The translations under genes and the position numbers were made by a program. From positions 10,699-74,698 of the forward strand of contig JBEKIG010000014.1 of the NCBI GenBank assembly GCA_050011875.1: a stretch of 64,000 nucleotides of DNA, in the 5' to 3' direction. Shown here one piece after another: positions 1 to 9,258 of this stretch; the stretch's first letter is position 1, and each line of letters opens with the position of its first letter. The notes below the pieces were generated by a model, which worked only from the letters and a program-made list of their open reading frames with translations, did no database searches and was not told where the DNA came from. The stretch comes from Nitrososphaeria archaeon. Lineage in GTDB: Archaea; Thermoproteota; Nitrososphaeria; JACIWG01.

Positions 1-352
1 TAACTTCACCTGCAAAAGGTTCTTTAGCAGGTTCCAATGTACCAAGTCTACCGATGTTTAACCGCATGTTTCCCTTAAAGAGGTTGACGTAGCCATTTCC
101 TATGCTTATTGTCTCATCTACCTTCACTTTTTCTATGTTGTCGTCCCAAAGAGTTAGAAATACTACTCCCGTCTCATCGCCTATTAGCGCGTCACTCACT
201 CTATGTGGGGCACCATCCCTACCTGAAGAAATATCCCTGACTTCACTCTTTGATATCGCCTTTGCCGTGACATTTACTGCTCTCGAATTTGGCGTCAATT
301 CTCCTATTTTCGCATTTACTGGCTGTCTATTCCCTTGAACATTTTCTGACAA
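1..352 (-). CDS. ssb: Single-stranded DNA-binding protein, single OB-fold (crenarchaeal SSB type); runs off the window's left edge
   Basis: Not in the ORF track. Manual minus-strand translation from TTG at 352: MSENVQGNRQPVNAKIGELTPNSRAVNVTAKAISKSEVRDISSGRDGAPHRVSDALIGDETGVVFLTLWDDNIEKVKVDETISIGNGYVNLFKGNMRLNIGRLG. Contains the OB-fold GDETG...LTLW motif. Confidence 0.9.
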   Translation of the reverse strand, partial: MSENVQGNRQPVNAKIGELTPNSRAVNVTAKAISKSEVRDISSGRDGAPHRVSDALIGDETGVVFLTLWDDNIEKVKVDETISIGNGYVNLFKGNMRLNIGRLGTLEPAKEPFAGEV

Positions 353-518
353 AATTTCTCAACCTTGATTTCTATCGCGTCTAGTCTAAAGTATCTTCAT
401 TTAAGGCTTTTGTTTGATAGCTTTAGGTTATAACACGAATAGGTAATTTTAATTGAAAATTTGATTTATTTATACCCGAATTCGTAGGCATGTCTACAGT
501 AAATTATTTGACTCTATT

Positions 519-998
519 TTAAGCAAGATTGAAAATATTGGAAAGTTTTGACAGATCTTTTTCACTCATCCACTCCGTTTTAAGATATTCTAAAATTTCT
601 ATGTTAGTCAATCCTATTCTTTTAGCTTCATTGACAGCAGTGCTGTACGCTTCTATTTCTGTTGGCCTATCAACATATGCATACCTGTCGTCGAACAGTT
701 CTTTTCCTTCTAAAAACTGTCTCACATGAACTAGTTCATGGATTACATCTAGGTAGATGTCCCCCTCGTTACCGTGACCTAGATAGTATGTACTTACCAT
801 CAGATGCCCGTCTTCATTACTTACACCCATATATGAGAATCTTGAGGAGAAGAATTCAACTTTTAATTTATCAAGGACCTTTGTTGTGTCGTTACCAAAT
901 ATATTTTTCACAGTCTCAACTTTTTCAAACCCTTTGAAGTAATCGGTAAACTTTCTGAATCTTATCTTGGGATTCCTGATTATTGTCACGCCGAACAA
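519..998 (-). CDS. Small hypothetical protein with HExxH zincin-like motif
   Basis: 159 aa; IHELVH followed by a downstream EIEAY (possible third Zn ligand). Confidence 0.7.
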   Translation of the reverse strand: MFGVTIIRNPKIRFRKFTDYFKGFEKVETVKNIFGNDTTKVLDKLKVEFFSSRFSYMGVSNEDGHLMVSTYYLGHGNEGDIYLDVIHELVHVRQFLEGKELFDDRYAYVDRPTEIEAYSTAVNEAKRIGLTNIEILEYLKTEWMSEKDLSKLSNIFNLA

Positions 999-1246
999 TT
1001 AGAGTCACCGAAGTTGTCGATCTCTATCTTAAAAAATTTTTTCAAAAACACAAAATTGGTGCGATAATATATGAAAAGAAGCACATTCAAGCTGAAGAGC
1101 CAAGAGATTATAATCTTTTAGGTTTACTAACTCCTACAATATTTGGATAAACGAAAAGAATTCGCGCAAAACATAAATTTTATTTTAGGGTCCTACAACG
1201 ATTCTTTGTAAATCTGAAATGAAATTATCCAATAAAATTGCACATG

Positions 1247-1266
1247 AACAATATTTATATATTGTT
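1247..1266. promoter_or_regulatory. Inverted repeat overlapping TATA-like boxes upstream of the PIN operon (candidate operator)
   Basis: AACAATAT-ttat-ATATTGTT; TTTATATA at 1254-1261 and TTTATATT at 1265-1272, upstream of ATG 1297. AT-rich, so it could be chance. Confidence 0.4.
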
Positions 1267-1296
1267 TATATTCTTTAATTAAAGTAGAAGAAGGAT

Positions 1297-1668
1297 ATGG
1301 CTGAAATAAACAAATTTGAGGCAAGCGAAGGTTTTAGGGAATTTTTGGAGGCTTTTTCTTTAGTCATAGATTCCATGGGAGACTATCTTATCAAAATGGG
1401 AGAGGTTGAGAAGAAAGCTAATGTTACGATCACGAACATGACGGAGTTTTTGGGCGATAAAGCAAATGTAGAGAAAATAGTTCAAGTAATGCCTCCTGAA
1501 ATGTTAGCGCTGTTTTTAAAAATCATCTTCCGCGCATCTGCCTTGAATAAAACAGATCCATATAAAGCGACCCCAGATGAAAAAATTACAACAGGTAAGC
1601 AGATGAAAGAAATAGCAAAGGATGCAGAAGAATTGATCAAACTATGGAAAGAGGGGCCCAAGGAGTGA
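1297..1668 (+). CDS. Hypothetical, probably helical protein; first gene of a 3-gene operon
   Basis: 123-aa ORF, purine-rich leader, 1 bp before the next gene. Confidence 0.75.
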   Translation: MAEINKFEASEGFREFLEAFSLVIDSMGDYLIKMGEVEKKANVTITNMTEFLGDKANVEKIVQVMPPEMLALFLKIIFRASALNKTDPYKATPDEKITTGKQMKEIAKDAEELIKLWKEGPKE

Positions 1669-1669
1669 T

Positions 1670-2092
1670 ATGATGTGCAGTTTATATAATTATTCTGAAA
1701 ATTTTAATAGATGTCTTCTAGAAATAATACGATTAACTCAACAGAAAATGTTTGATATAAAGGAAGTCATTTCTAAGATAGGTAATTTTGAGAAACTTCC
1801 AAAATTTAGTAAGGAACTGTCTGCCATACTTATGACATTAGTGATTCCTAGTCGTATAGTCGAACTAGAAGAGAGGAAGTCAGAGATTGAGAGACAGATG
1901 TTTACCTTTCTTCGTCCATTAAGTAGCATGGATTATTTTTCAAGGCTCAAATTACGATTACTCCTCGGCTTACCTGCAAACTTTGAAGAAGATTCTGGGA
2001 CAATTATATCTTTAGATGGGTTAATATCGGGAGTAACTAGCGTGAAAATGGATGTCGTTGAGATAATAAGGAGAATACGGGATAATGAATGA
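1670..2092 (+). CDS. Hypothetical protein, candidate antitoxin
   Basis: 140 aa; C-terminus MDVVEIIRRIRDNE resembles archaeal VapB-type antitoxin tails; ATGA overlap with the PIN gene. Confidence 0.6.
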   Translation: MMCSLYNYSENFNRCLLEIIRLTQQKMFDIKEVISKIGNFEKLPKFSKELSAILMTLVIPSRIVELEERKSEIERQMFTFLRPLSSMDYFSRLKLRLLLGLPANFEEDSGTIISLDGLISGVTSVKMDVVEIIRRIRDNE

Positions 2093-2769
2093 AAAGCCCC
2101 GATCTCGAAAAAGTGTACGTCGACACTAATATATTGATTACATATTTTTTAGGTAAGAAACGAAATCTAAAAGAAGAAGATTTTGCAGCTGTTGAGGAGT
2201 TGTTTAATAACGCTATTGAAGGAAAATATAAAATCGTAATCTCAAACTTTGTCCTAGCGGAAACTCTCCATGCTTTAAGAAGCATCGTCACCGAAGAAAC
2301 TTTCAGAGAACAAGAAAAAGGATTGGCAAGAACCCAACTTTTTAAGATGGCTAATTCTAAAGAATTCTTGGAACAAGTTACTGAGAAAAGCCAAAAATAT
2401 TTTCGTGATATCGTCGATAAACTGAGCCGTGACACTAAACATTTCTACTTTGAAGAACCTGGGCTGTCTTACTCCGAGGATATGTTTCGAAATTGTTTAG
2501 ATTTAATCGTAGGTTCATTTGGTACTTTTCGAGTATACGGTTACTATTGTTCATCATGCAATGAACAATTATCATGTAGCAAATGTAAATCGGATAGTAA
2601 GATTGTATACAAAGGGCTGAATGCTCCTGACCTGATACACGTTCTAATTTCAATAAAGTTAGGTTGCCAACGATTTTTTACTATGGACAAATATTTTAGC
2701 TCAATTCAAGACAAGATTCCTGTAGATATCCAAATAATTGGTTTGAACAAAGACACACCGACTCTTTAA
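2089..2769 (+). CDS. PIN-domain (VapC-like) nuclease with inserted Cys4 zinc finger
   Basis: VYVDTNIL, ISNFVLAE, APDLIH, FFTMDKYF acidic PIN motifs; insertion CSSC-x5-CSKC. Confidence 0.85.
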   Translation: MKSPDLEKVYVDTNILITYFLGKKRNLKEEDFAAVEELFNNAIEGKYKIVISNFVLAETLHALRSIVTEETFREQEKGLARTQLFKMANSKEFLEQVTEKSQKYFRDIVDKLSRDTKHFYFEEPGLSYSEDMFRNCLDLIVGSFGTFRVYGYYCSSCNEQLSCSKCKSDSKIVYKGLNAPDLIHVLISIKLGCQRFFTMDKYFSSIQDKIPVDIQIIGLNKDTPTL

Positions 2770-2860
2770 CTGCTTTGGATAAATAAAAAAATCTTTTTTC
2801 AATGTCATATCTATTCTAGAGAAATAAAAAATAGACAAGATTTATAATTCTAATTACAGT

Positions 2861-3715
2861 ATGTTCTTGGGGAATCTAATGGGAAGATTGGATGGAAAGG
2901 TGGCAATTATAACAGGATGTGGCAGGGGGTTCGGGGAAGCTATGGCAAAATTGTTTTCAAAAGAAGGTGCAGCGGTCTCAATATCAGATATTATTCCTGT
3001 CGAGGACCTTTGGAATAGAGTTGGGTTGAAAATTAAGGCAAACAACCATAAGGTTATCTGTTTAAATGTTGATATTTCAAAAGAAGATCAGGTAAACAAT
3101 ATGGTAAAGGAAACCATTAAACAATTTGGTAGGATAGACATTTTGGTTAATAATGTCGGAATAACCGGTCCAACAAAAGACTGTTGGAATGTTACTTTGG
3201 AGGAATGGAATCGAACCTTATCTGTTAACATTAATGGAACCTTTTTGTGTACCAAAGCAGTGCTTCCAGAGATGATCGAAAGGAAGAATGGTCGAATCAT
3301 AAATATGAGTTCTATCACAGGGAAAAATCCACTACCACATAGAACACCCTATGCAACATCAAAAATGGGGATAATAGGGTTCACACGCACGTTAGCGGTT
3401 GAGGTAGGCAAATTCAATATAACGGTTAATGCTATTTGCCCAGGTTTACCAGGTGGAGAGCGAAATTTAGAGATGGCAAGGGATCTAGCCGAGTTACAAG
3501 GTAAATCTTTCAATCCTGAAGAATTTCGAACAAAGCTCGAAGAACAACGTCGGAAGGGAGTGCTGGGAGGAAGGTATCTAGTGGGGGAAGGTTACAGTGA
3601 AGCACTTATTTCCCACGACGACGTAGCATATATGGCACTCTTCTTAGCTTCTGATGAAGCAGGCAAGATCACAGGTCAAGATTTTAATGTATGTGCAGGA
3701 TTTTATATGGGATGA
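2861..3715 (+). CDS. Short-chain dehydrogenase/reductase (likely start 2879)
   Basis: TGCGRGFG, NNVG, YATSK, VNAICPG. Confidence 0.92.
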   Translation: MFLGNLMGRLDGKVAIITGCGRGFGEAMAKLFSKEGAAVSISDIIPVEDLWNRVGLKIKANNHKVICLNVDISKEDQVNNMVKETIKQFGRIDILVNNVGITGPTKDCWNVTLEEWNRTLSVNINGTFLCTKAVLPEMIERKNGRIINMSSITGKNPLPHRTPYATSKMGIIGFTRTLAVEVGKFNITVNAICPGLPGGERNLEMARDLAELQGKSFNPEEFRTKLEEQRRKGVLGGRYLVGEGYSEALISHDDVAYMALFLASDEAGKITGQDFNVCAGFYMG

Positions 3716-3844
3716 TTGATGTTATAGTTTCATGGTGGATAATGTGCGATGTGTTATTTTAACATATTTCCTTGACTAAATGAAAAAAAATTGTTCTAAA
3801 GAAATGGATAAGACTTAATACTAAAAGATGTATAGCGCAACATA

Positions 3845-5587
3845 GTGGTTTGGATGATTAGAGGAAAAAATTTAAGTGGTGAGATAGCTGTCGCCAGAGC
3901 AATAAAAGAATGTGGTATCGATCACTTCTTTTATGTTACCGGCGGAATGTTGATTTCGCCATCCATTGAGAAAGAGGGGATAAAAATGGTTTTGTGTAGA
4001 AACGAAAAGGCTGCCTGTAATATGGCTGACGGTTATTCAAGAGTAACAGGAAAACCTTCTGTCTGTTATGCACAACATGGCGCTGCTGCTGCGATTCTTG
4101 CCTCCATGCTTTATGAACCGATGTATGCTCATAGTCCAGTAGTGGCTTTTACGGGTTCAGTTCCAACACTTCTAAGAGATCTATGGCAGTATCAAGACTG
4201 TCCTGAAATGCCATATTTCGAAGCCACGTGTAAATTTAATGCGGACGTCACTGATCTATCTAGGATAGGAGAATACCTGCGCGCCGCAATCCAGATCGCG
4301 GTGAGTGGATGCCCAGGGCCAACTCATGTAAACATGCATTTAGATATGGCTTCTGATGTTGCAAAAATGCAAGAGGTGCGCGGCGATAAAACATTCTTTA
4401 AAGTTCCACCCTTTCGCCCTAGAGCCGAACCTGGAAAGGTGCATGACGCCGCCAACCTTTTAATTTCAGCTGAAAGACCCGTCATAATATGTGGCTCAGG
4501 GGTACATCTTTCGGGCGCCTACAATGAAGTAAAAGAACTTGCAGAATTAATTTCAGCACCTGTTGCAACAAACTATAAAGGAAAAGGCAGTTTCCCAGAA
4601 GAGCACCCTCTCTCAATTGGAGTTATGGGAGTCTACGGCAGGGAAGTCACTAACCAAATAATTAGGGAAGCTGACTTAGTATTCTTTATCTCAGTAAGAC
4701 CTGACAGTCATACTACAGAAGAGTTCACCGCACCGGAGCCTGATTCGTGTAAAATCATACAATTGGACATCGACCCGGTTGTTATTGGAAGAAAGTACAG
4801 AGCTGATGTAGCCTTAATAGGTGATTGCAAGGTTGTATTAAATGATCTTTTAGAAACTTTGAAGACAATGATTAGGAAGCCCGTTTTAAAAAGTACAAGG
4901 CTACAGGAAATAGCTAAAGAGTATCTAAGGTATGAAAATTTAATCAGCCCCATGATGGCTTCAGAAGATATTCCAATTAAGCCTCAACGCATGATAAAAG
5001 AGGTTGAGAAATCACTCAAATCAGAAGACATCGTAGTGAGCGACACTGGTCAGATGCTTTGTTGGACAACAAGATTAATGAAGGTAAAGAAAGCCGGTAT
5101 GACCTATATCCCATGTGGCGGAACATTGGGTTCAAGTTTTGCTTTAGCTATAGGAGTATCTTTTGGCGCGAAAGAGGGTCAGAGGGTTCTAAATTTGATA
5201 GGAGACGGCGGTATACTCTACAACATCTCAGAACTCGAGACAGCTAAGAGATGCAAAGACATGCATGTTCCGTTTGTGGCTCTAGTCAATAACAACTCAA
5301 GCCTTGGCCAGACGAGACCTCCCTTTGAGAATTGGGCGCTTAAAGGAGATTTTAAAATCAATCATGCAGACTTCACAGAACTCAACTATGCGAAAATCGC
5401 TGAAGCCTTTGGATGTTATGGAGTAAGGGTTGAAAGACCAAGTGAAATAGCTGAAGCTATCAATGGCGCATTTGACTCAGGAAAACCCGCAATAGTTGAT
5501 GTTGTGACTGATAAAAGGGAGTATGCTCCAATAGGGCTAGTTCGCAGAACAAAGAAAGAGGTTTTTCCTGGCGTCCCCTCATATTAA
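3845..5587 (+). CDS. Thiamine-diphosphate enzyme, acetolactate-synthase-large-subunit-like
   Basis: RNEKAA..MADGYSR catalytic Glu region; GDGG...NNN ThDP motif; 580 aa. Confidence 0.9.
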   Translation: MVWMIRGKNLSGEIAVARAIKECGIDHFFYVTGGMLISPSIEKEGIKMVLCRNEKAACNMADGYSRVTGKPSVCYAQHGAAAAILASMLYEPMYAHSPVVAFTGSVPTLLRDLWQYQDCPEMPYFEATCKFNADVTDLSRIGEYLRAAIQIAVSGCPGPTHVNMHLDMASDVAKMQEVRGDKTFFKVPPFRPRAEPGKVHDAANLLISAERPVIICGSGVHLSGAYNEVKELAELISAPVATNYKGKGSFPEEHPLSIGVMGVYGREVTNQIIREADLVFFISVRPDSHTTEEFTAPEPDSCKIIQLDIDPVVIGRKYRADVALIGDCKVVLNDLLETLKTMIRKPVLKSTRLQEIAKEYLRYENLISPMMASEDIPIKPQRMIKEVEKSLKSEDIVVSDTGQMLCWTTRLMKVKKAGMTYIPCGGTLGSSFALAIGVSFGAKEGQRVLNLIGDGGILYNISELETAKRCKDMHVPFVALVNNNSSLGQTRPPFENWALKGDFKINHADFTELNYAKIAEAFGCYGVRVERPSEIAEAINGAFDSGKPAIVDVVTDKREYAPIGLVRRTKKEVFPGVPSY

Positions 5588-5607
5588 TGGAAAAACAAAA
5601 AAGACAA

Positions 5608-6033
5608 TCAAATGGGGATTTTATTTGTAAAGGCTTTTATTAATTCGGACAGAGTTGAGGGATATTTCATAGCTAATTCGTTTGGAATATGGATGATCTG
5701 ATACCCCTTTTCTTTAAAGAAACTATCTCTCTTCGGGTTGTCAGAACTCGAGGATTTACTGCCTTCTATTTCAAGTATAATTTTCGTGTTCTTAATTAGA
5801 ATATCTGCAATATAACACTTGGGTTCACCTTTTATTGTCTGTTCGTTTTTTCTTTCAAAAGGGACCTGAGTCATATATTCCACACCTTTTTTTGTAAGTT
5901 CCCCAATAAGCGCCTGTTCTGCCTGAGTGTACTGTGTCATCGGAAATTCCCCTCTCTTATAGCTATCAGCATCATATTCGAGCTTCAATTTAGCTACATA
6001 GCTCTTGCGTCTCATTCTTTCGTGCTTGATCAT
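5608..6033 (-). CDS. DUF559/Vsr-like PD-(D/E)xK endonuclease-fold protein
   Basis: TQAEQAL..QVPF..YIADIL..IILEIEG..RDSFFKEKGYQIIHI. Confidence 0.7.
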   Translation of the reverse strand: MIKHERMRRKSYVAKLKLEYDADSYKRGEFPMTQYTQAEQALIGELTKKGVEYMTQVPFERKNEQTIKGEPKCYIADILIKNTKIILEIEGSKSSSSDNPKRDSFFKEKGYQIIHIPNELAMKYPSTLSELIKAFTNKIPI

Positions 6034-6128
6034 TTTCCACTACCATCTTTGTGTCTGTTAACTATCTTAACATTATTACTTATATATCAAATAACTTATT
6101 GGATTCTACCGCATTCTTTCTTAAGATT

Positions 6129-7418
6129 TTAAAGGAATCTTGAGAGAACCTCACGACCGATATATCTACCTTTATTTCCTAGTTGTTCTTCTATTCTAAG
6201 CAATTCATTAAATCTTATATGATCGTCTCCGTCGCACCAGGCTAGTTTACCTTGACCCAGACTCTGTCCTACAATTAGGTGACTTAGGAATGGATCACCT
6301 ATTTCTCCCGAACGTGCGGACGGCATTGTACCGTATCCAGCGGCTTTCGCAATCTTTATAGTTTGAATAGTTTCTGATAGGGTTCCTATCTGATTCGGTT
6401 TAATTATGATTGCGTTTGCAACATCCATTTCTATACCTTTCTTAAGTCGTTGCGGATTCGTTGTAAATAGATCATCACCAACCAACTGCGTCCTATTGCC
6501 GAGCCTTTCCGTTATGAGCTTCCATCCCTCCCAATCTTCTTCACTAAGACAGTCCTCCATACTGATGACAGGATATTTGCTGCGTACATCTTCCAAAAAG
6601 TTAACCATCTCTTCGCTTGAAAGTATCCTATTGTCTGCGCTAAGATGATATTTACCTTCTTTATACAGATGTGTTGCCGCAACATCGATGTATATAACAA
6701 AATCTTTTCCAGGCATGAAACCTGCTTTTTCTATTGCATCGGTTGCAACAGATAAAGCCTCGTCATTTGATGAGAATACGGGAGCAAGCCAACCGCCTCC
6801 AAGCCTTGGAAGAGCGTAACCTTTCTTTTTTTCTAATATCTCACGTAATTTCCTGTATACGTATAATGTTGTTTCGTATCCTTCTCTAAAGCTTTTTGAG
6901 CGTATATCATAATATGCAAACTCTTGAATATCTGAAGTTTTGACTTTTTCTCCTGCGTATATTGGGCCACCTACCATGACTAAGAACCAGGCAATTGGCA
7001 TAACCTTCCCCGCACCAAGATGCTCGAAAAGGGGAACTCCTAAAGATTCAGCTGCCGCTTTGACATTTGCTATCGAAGAAGCAATTATAGCATTTCCACC
7101 TAGCTTGGATTTGTCTTCTGTTCCATCAAGCTCGATCATTAAATCGTCTATATGTTCCTGGTCTGTTGAATCCTCACCTCTAAGTTTCTTGGCAATAAGG
7201 GTGTTCACATTGTAGATGGCTTTGGAAACACCCATACCGTAGAAGTATTTCTTATCACCATCCCTAAGATCGCATGATTCATTGCTCCCCCTTGAAGTTC
7301 CTGAGGGTGCAATTGCTTTGCCTTCGCTGCCGTCATCGAGTAGCACTTCCACTTCTACTGCAGGCAAATTCTTAATATCAAATACTTCTCTTGCGTGAAC
7401 TTCCTTTATTGCGCTCAT
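6129..7418 (-). CDS. eno: Divergent enolase-family protein (non-canonical active site)
   Basis: PSGTSRG, LRDGD, KLGGNA, DIQEF, SMED, VGDDL, IKPNQIG, ARSGE, LLRIEEQLG. Lacks the GDEGG and NGGxH motifs. Likely start MSAIKE at 7418. Confidence 0.85.
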   Translation of the reverse strand: MSAIKEVHAREVFDIKNLPAVEVEVLLDDGSEGKAIAPSGTSRGSNESCDLRDGDKKYFYGMGVSKAIYNVNTLIAKKLRGEDSTDQEHIDDLMIELDGTEDKSKLGGNAIIASSIANVKAAAESLGVPLFEHLGAGKVMPIAWFLVMVGGPIYAGEKVKTSDIQEFAYYDIRSKSFREGYETTLYVYRKLREILEKKKGYALPRLGGGWLAPVFSSNDEALSVATDAIEKAGFMPGKDFVIYIDVAATHLYKEGKYHLSADNRILSSEEMVNFLEDVRSKYPVISMEDCLSEEDWEGWKLITERLGNRTQLVGDDLFTTNPQRLKKGIEMDVANAIIIKPNQIGTLSETIQTIKIAKAAGYGTMPSARSGEIGDPFLSHLIVGQSLGQGKLAWCDGDDHIRFNELLRIEEQLGNKGRYIGREVLSRFL

Positions 7419-7609
7419 AGCTTTCACTATCCAATACTTACCTGACAAACCCGATATAATTATTTAGGTCAGTTGCATCGATTTTGATTTGTAAAAAGTT
7501 TGATCTCTTAAAACAGTGTGAAAGGTTTATAGAACATAACCTATTTGTGTAGCTCCCTTCTTAAATTGTTTAACAATAGGAAATCCTGTCCCTTAGAGTG
7601 TATTTAACA

Positions 7610-8323
7610 TTAAAAAAATGATTTAAGTTCAGCTTCATGAGGTATTCCGATCTCTCTAACAAAAACCTCGCCTACATACTCTTTCCTTTGCCCAAAACCT
7701 TTTTTCATCTTATGGAACGTTATAGTATAATTCGCCTTCACAGCTACACCACATATTTCGCCTGTTGAGGGGTCCAATCCAGTAGGAGTGTCAACGGCAA
7801 ATACTAGCTTATTTGCCTTATTTATGGCAACTACTACCGATAGAATTGGATCTCTTAGGGCCCCTTTTACTCCAGTACCAAGAATAGCGTCAACTATGAA
7901 ATCGCATTTTCTTAGCTCTTCTGTGAAGTCTGAAAGTTGCGAGACATCAACTATAGTAAGTACCTTAACATTTTCCATCTGAGTTAATAATGACCAGTTA
8001 ACTTGGGATTCATATGTCCTTATATTAAATGGACTTCCGATCAATACCACTTTTGGTTTTACACCAAGATTTACCAGATGTCGTGTTGTAACGAAGCCGT
8101 CTCCACCATTGTTACTAGTGCCACAAATAACAAGTGCCCTTTTTCCTAGAACATCTGTCTTCGTCGATATAAAATCAGAAGTTCCTGCACCCGCGTTTTC
8201 CATCATTAGCTTACGATCAAAACCCATTTTTTCTGCATTCTCTTCGATGAATTTCATTTCCTCACTTGTAATTTCTTTAGGCAGATATTCATCTGGATTT
8301 CTTTTTTCTTGCGGCATACTCAC
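7610..8323 (-). CDS. nnrE: NAD(P)H-hydrate epimerase (stand-alone YjeF_N)
   Basis: MMENAG, SNNGGDG, IVDAILGTG, AVDTPTG. Confidence 0.9.
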   Translation of the reverse strand: MSMPQEKRNPDEYLPKEITSEEMKFIEENAEKMGFDRKLMMENAGAGTSDFISTKTDVLGKRALVICGTSNNGGDGFVTTRHLVNLGVKPKVVLIGSPFNIRTYESQVNWSLLTQMENVKVLTIVDVSQLSDFTEELRKCDFIVDAILGTGVKGALRDPILSVVVAINKANKLVFAVDTPTGLDPSTGEICGVAVKANYTITFHKMKKGFGQRKEYVGEVFVREIGIPHEAELKSFF

Positions 8324-8466
8324 ATAATATTTAACACTATACGGTATTAAATTTTAAAATGGTTATTGCTAGAGTTCTGTTAACTTTGTTTCGCAAAAGA
8401 ATTTGGCTTAATTATGAAAAACACTTAAATAACGCATTTCTATCCGGCAGTGTTATCGTAATTGAT

Positions 8467-9258
8467 ATGTCAACAAGTGAAACTATTTTTGCAACGTATA
8501 ATGATAAAGGTTCAGTTCCTAATACAGAAAATAAAGATCTTAGCACAAAAAATCATAGGGAACAAACGAATGAGACTGTTAAAACTAATGATCTCTGGAA
8601 AGTCTATCGACTAGGAACAGTTGAATACCCCGCCTTAAGTGGTGTTTCAATCACTGTAAAGAGAGGAGAATTTGTTTCAATTGTCGGACCTTCAGGTAGT
8701 GGAAAAACAACCCTTCTTGATTTGATCGGCACATTGGCCAAACCAACAAAAGGAGAGGTATTTATCAACGGTATTAACATTTCAAACTTGAAGGCTAATC
8801 GGTTAGCAACAATTAGAAATAAATCTTTAGGCTTCATCTTTCAGACTTATAATCTCGTTCCATATTTAACTGCAAGAGAAAACATTGAGCTTCCTCTTAT
8901 GTCGCTTGGCGTTCCAAGTTCTAAAAGAAAAGAGAAGGCAGCTACTCTTCTTGGTCAACTTAATATGGCGGACAAGGTGAATAAGAAACCTAAAGAGCTT
9001 AGCGGCGGTGAACAACAACGCGTCGCTATAGCTAGAGCTCTTGTGAACGATCCTTCATTAATATTAGCAGATGAGCCTACCGGCAATCTGGATTCTAAAA
9101 CCTCAGCAGTTGTTGCTTCCCTTCTTAAGGCTATAAGCACTGAAAGGAATGTGACAATTGTAATGGTAACCCATAATATGGAAATCACAACATATTCTCA
9201 TAGAATCATCTACTTAAGAGATGGTAAAATAGAGAAAGAGGAGGTGCTACAAGCATGA
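8467..9258 (+). CDS. ABC transporter ATPase, LolD/MacB type
   Basis: [27 protein letters not shown]; start placed at MSTSE. Confidence 0.93.
   Translation: MSTSETIFATYNDKGSVPNTENKDLSTKNHREQTNETVKTNDLWKVYRLGTVEYPALSGVSITVKRGEFVSIVGPSGSGKTTLLDLIGTLAKPTKGEVFINGINISNLKANRLATIRNKSLGFIFQTYNLVPYLTARENIELPLMSLGVPSSKRKEKAATLLGQLNMADKVNKKPKELSGGEQQRVAIARALVNDPSLILADEPTGNLDSKTSAVVASLLKAISTERNVTIVMVTHNMEITTYSHRIIYLRDGKIEKEEVLQA

Noticed and set aside
102-338. 78-aa plus-strand ORF
   Set aside because: Antisense shadow of the SSB gene
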